Below are positions 60,557-64,000 of a stretch of DNA of 64,000 nt, one piece after another; positions within the stretch are counted from its first letter, which is position 1; every line of letters starts with the position of its first letter. Source of the stretch: an uncultured Phycisphaerales bacterium (GTDB taxonomy: Bacteria > Planctomycetota > Phycisphaerae > Tepidisphaerales > Tepidisphaeraceae); assembly GCA_963755915.1 (NCBI GenBank), contig CAVWLP010000002.1, forward strand, positions 1,408,001 through 1,472,000, given 5' to 3'. The position numbers were made by a program, and so were the translations under genes. Below the pieces are notes generated by a model. It searched no databases, had not been told where the DNA came from, and saw only the letters and a program-made list of their open reading frames with translations.

Positions 60557-60925
60557 TTAACCGGCCTTGGGGAGCACCTGAACTTGTGCTCGCGCTTGGC
60601 GTTTGGGGCGAATCGTTACATCGATGTCCTGCCCGAGTCGGTTGAGAAATCGAAACAGCCGGTCGATTGAGAATTCCGAAAGCCGCCCCCTCATGAGATT
60701 GGAAACGCGCGCGCGATCGGTATGCAGGAGTTTCGCGGCCTGGGTTTGCGACAGGCCGAGCTGCTGAATGAGATTGTGAATCTGATAGGCCAGTTCAACC
60801 TTCGCAAATGCCTCATCGGCGTCGCCTCGGCGGAGATCCGCGAAGATATTGGTGGAGCCAACAAATACCTCGGTATTGGCCTTCGCTCGATGTCTTTTGT
60901 TGGTTGGAGTATCGCTCATTTTCAT
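60557..60925 (-). CDS. XRE/HTH antitoxin (HigA-like)
   Basis: GSTNIFADL, GLSQTQAAKLL..RVSNLMRG..FSIDRLFRFL. Confidence 0.88.
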   Translation of the reverse strand: MKMSDTPTNKRHRAKANTEVFVGSTNIFADLRRGDADEAFAKVELAYQIHNLIQQLGLSQTQAAKLLHTDRARVSNLMRGRLSEFSIDRLFRFLNRLGQDIDVTIRPKRQARAQVQVLPKAG

Positions 60926-61278
60926 CTTTGCCTACTATGGGTTTCGGCCTGCGCAGCCGCCGTTTGATCAGCTCAATGTCGCTCTTGGGCGTCGTTATTC
61001 CTTTTTTGGATTTCTTCTGAAAAACGTGCAAAACGTAAACTGCTCCCGCAATTTTCACGGTATAGACACCTCGATAAGTTCCGCTGCTATCGTCCACAAC
61101 GATTTCCAGTATCCCTGCCCCACCGAATCCTTTGAGGACTTTTGCAGACTGGTGGCGCTGGTTTCTCTGCGAAATATAACGCATAGCCGATTTCATCTTG
61201 CACCGAACTTGGCATCCGACGTAGATCATCGCGCGACGAGCCGATCCACACCACCGGCTTAAGACCGGGTTCGGACAT
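60922..61278 (-). CDS. RelE/ParE-family (DUF891-type) toxin, frameshifted
   Basis: KPVVWIGSSRDDL..IGYAL; GILEIV..TYRGVYTV..VYVLHVFQKKSKKGI. Confidence 0.85.
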
Positions 61279-61435
61279 TGTGCTAATACTAGCACAAGCG
61301 GGCATCCATTCAAGAGCGGCAGTTGATTCCGCGGCGCACTATACAGATTATGGAGCGCGGCAATCGAGATTCCCCTCTCGCGGTAACCTGCCGGCGGGGG
61401 AAATCCCGATAATGCTCCCATAACGAGATTCCGCC

Positions 61436-61881
61436 TTGTCCCCGCAAACCTACCTTTTCCTCCTGCTCATCATTTTGCTCGGGATGCTCCTGGCAGGGGG
61501 TCTCGCCCAATTTCGGCGCCGGCGGAAGCTCCGTGCCTGCGCAAAGCGATGGAACATGCACTTCGCCGCTGGCGATCGGCTTCGCCTGGCCCGGCGGATC
61601 GTTTCGCAATTTCCTGTTCCCGGCGCAGCCAACATCGGTGTGCGCGATCTGCTCTTCCGCACCGGCGATAACCAGCACCACTATGTCTTCACGGTCGATT
61701 ACACCGTGGGGGTCATCCGCGGAAAAATCGGTAAATCTCGCGTGGCCGGGTTTACCGAGCCGGTTGTCGCCGGGGGCGGGCCGATACCCAGCAGCCGACG
61801 CTCGTCCTGGCCCCGGCAAATCTCTCCGGAGCCGCCGCCTACGAGCATCTCCTCAAAAGCCTGCATTTCTCGCAGGCTTAG
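61436..61881 (+). CDS. Hypothetical membrane-anchored protein (probable late frameshift)
   Basis: N-terminal TM + RRRR; alternative frame ends AYEHLLKSLHFSQA*. Confidence 0.55.
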
Positions 61882-61974
61882 CGACCGCAAGACGCAGGCC
61901 ACGGCGCCGCTCTGGTGCAAAACCGCTTTATCCTTTTTCCCGGCCGCAGTTTGATTTACACTCCACCCGCAGCC

Positions 61975-63057
61975 ATGGCCTCGGAGCGATCCCAGAACCT
62001 AACTTCCGGCACGGGGCAGAACCGAGTTCCCGGGCTTCGCGAGCAGTTCTCGGCCGAGGAATTGGCCATCATCCTTTCGCATTTCGACGTCGGCGTCATC
62101 GATTCGATCGTCGAATTCCCCCGCGGATCGCGCAAGGCCCCCAAGCTGCTGATCGTCAGCGAGCAGGGAAAGTTTCTGCTCAAGCGCCGCGCGCGAGGTA
62201 AGGATGACCCCTTCAAGGTCGCCTTCACCCACGCCCTCCAGCTTCATCTGGCCAGCAAGCAATTTCCCCTCCCGCACCTGATCGGCACGCGCAAAGAAAA
62301 CAATTCGATGCTGCAATGGCGCAACGGCGTCTATGAGCTGTTCGAATATATCCCCGGCCAATCCTATCCGCAGACGCTGGAATCGACGTTCGATTCGGGC
62401 CGGATCCTGGCGCTCTACCACAAGCTTCTTGAAGAATTCAAATCGGAATGGCAGCCACCCAGCGGGAGCTATCACGCCGCCTCGGCGGTCGATTCGGGGC
62501 TGCGCGCCATCGCCGCGGGAGTGGCCGACACCGAGGAAAATCGCGATGTGACCCAATTGCTGAAATTTCTGCTGGAGTCTTACCGCCGCGCCGCGGAAAA
62601 AGTGCAATCGCTGGGGATCGACAACTGGCCCAAGCAGATCGTTCACGCCGACTGGCATCCTGGCAACATGCTCTTCCGCGACAATCGAGTCGTCGCGGTG
62701 ATCGATTACGACAGCGCCCGCCTCCTCCCGCGCATCATCGACGTCGCCAACGGTGCACTCCAGTTCTCGATCATCGGCGGCGACGACGACGTCTCCAAGT
62801 GGCCCGACTACCTCGACACCAATCGCTTCAAACGGTTCCTTCGCGGCTACGACGAGGTGATGCTCATTTCCCAGGCCGAGATTCGCGTCATCCCCATGCT
62901 CATGATCGAAGCCCTCATCGCCGAAGCAGTTTTCCCCATCGCGCAGACCGGGTCTTTCGGTAAGGTGGAGGGTATGCCGTTCCTCCAAATGGTGCAGCGG
63001 AAAATTAGCTGGATTCAGAAAAGCTATGACCAACTGGTCGAACTGGCGGATGGTTGA
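61975..63057 (+). CDS. APH/homoserine-kinase-type phosphotransferase
   Basis: FLLKRR, HADWHPGNMLF, IDYD. Confidence 0.88.
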   Translation: MASERSQNLTSGTGQNRVPGLREQFSAEELAIILSHFDVGVIDSIVEFPRGSRKAPKLLIVSEQGKFLLKRRARGKDDPFKVAFTHALQLHLASKQFPLPHLIGTRKENNSMLQWRNGVYELFEYIPGQSYPQTLESTFDSGRILALYHKLLEEFKSEWQPPSGSYHAASAVDSGLRAIAAGVADTEENRDVTQLLKFLLESYRRAAEKVQSLGIDNWPKQIVHADWHPGNMLFRDNRVVAVIDYDSARLLPRIIDVANGALQFSIIGGDDDVSKWPDYLDTNRFKRFLRGYDEVMLISQAEIRVIPMLMIEALIAEAVFPIAQTGSFGKVEGMPFLQMVQRKISWIQKSYDQLVELADG

Positions 63058-63807
63058 TCCAAGTGAAGCGCACGTTCTCATCGCCGCTGCGTTGGTCTTA
63101 TGGGCTGGCGCTGATTTTGTGCGCGGCGGCCAACCTCACCGCCGCGCCAGACTCATCGCTGCTGAAGAACCTGATCGCCCAGCTCGGCAGCGACAATCCC
63201 CAGCTTCGCAACGAAGCGCGCGTGCAATTGATGGGCCTGCAAAAGGCCGAGCTTCCTGCGCTTCGGACGGCGGCGCTGGCGCAGAGCCCGCTTCTGCCCG
63301 GCCAGATCGCGCAGCTTCGCGAAGTCGTCGCCCAGGTCTTCCTCTCCGCCGACGACTATCACAAAGATCCCGCCGACCCGCGCGGATTTGCCGGACTCAG
63401 TTGGGGAACGGACGTTCTGGACGAATCTTTCGCCAGCGGCATCCCCGTCCAGGAGCGGATCCCCGGATTCCCCGCGTTCCGGGTCCTCCAGAGCGGGGAC
63501 ATCATCACCGGGGTTCTCGAACAGCCGCAGACGCCCCTGCACAAGATCAGCGACTTTATAAATGTCGTCCTCCTCATGCGGCACGGCAGCGTGGTGCACT
63601 TGAGCATTCTGCGGTCCGGCCATCCGGTTTCGGTGGCCCTCACACTCGATGATTTCCCCGTCGATCTCGACAAACACAGGAACACGGTGTGGGTCGACAA
63701 CTGGATCCTGGCGCAACCAGCGGGCCGAGGATTATTGGAACAACGAATTCTGGGCAATCGATCCCAATGTCGCGACGACCCAGCAGACGACAGCAGTTCA
63801 GCCCTGA
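63054..63807 (+). CDS. Secreted HEAT-like + PDZ domain protein (probable late frameshift)
   Basis: Signal peptide; LIAQLGSD..R; GFAGLS..GFPA..LQSGDIITGV..LSILRSG. Confidence 0.7.
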
Positions 63808-63819
63808 CGGAATCGGCAC

Positions 63820-64000
63820 ATGGACGAAACTCTTAAACGCTTTCTGGACACCCTCTCTTCCTGCCGGCGCGTGCTGATTACGACGCACGTCCGCCCCGAC
63901 GGCGATGCCCTGGGCACGGCGGCGGCGATGGCGCTGGGGCTGCGCGAAAAAGATCGACAGCCGGGTGCTGCTGCTCAGCAAGCTGCCGGCTAAATACGCA
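63820..64000 (+). CDS. DHH family phosphoesterase (NrnA-like), partial
   Basis: MDETLKRFL..VLITTHVRPDGDALG. Confidence 0.85.

Noticed and set aside
9855-63807. Widespread pseudogenisation or programmed frameshifting
   Set aside because: Isolated 1-bp indels hit even argG and rarA without other decay or slippery motifs; long-read error is more likely

Overview
High-GC bacterial chromosomal DNA. Gene content and style suggest Planctomycetota, probably Phycisphaerae/Tepidisphaerales; this is inference, not a database result. Many conserved genes (gspF, GH115, secA-like, argG, rarA and others) carry single-base frameshifts, best read as long-read indel errors. Left to right: (1) 0.2-15.3 kb, a type II secretion cluster (gspE,F,G,H,I,J,K,L,M,C-like,D plus a lipoprotein) behind an ECF sigma/anti-sigma/Spy-like module; (2) osmC-family and GH115 genes; (3) 20.4-32 kb, an operon of three HlyD-type adaptors (one GAF-fused, one PqqD/M50-protease-fused), a short secondary SecA and four paralogous GT4 glycosyltransferases; (4) sppA, vWA, BSP, amidase-like and Ser/Thr kinase genes; (5) 41.7-46.6 kb, a small-protein island with csrA, two DUF2294/MpsC paralogs and three copies of a covarying terminator/antiterminator leader RNA, the top novelty candidate; (6) an IS21 splitting an emrA-like gene, emrB-like MFS, PEP-CTERM gene; (7) argG, rarA, 5-formyl-THF cyclo-ligase, LysM/L,D-transpeptidase, a toxin-antitoxin pair, phosphotransferase, PDZ and DHH genes. 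Two IS4-family copies share an amber stop in the catalytic motif and sit at the same position of one repeat family.
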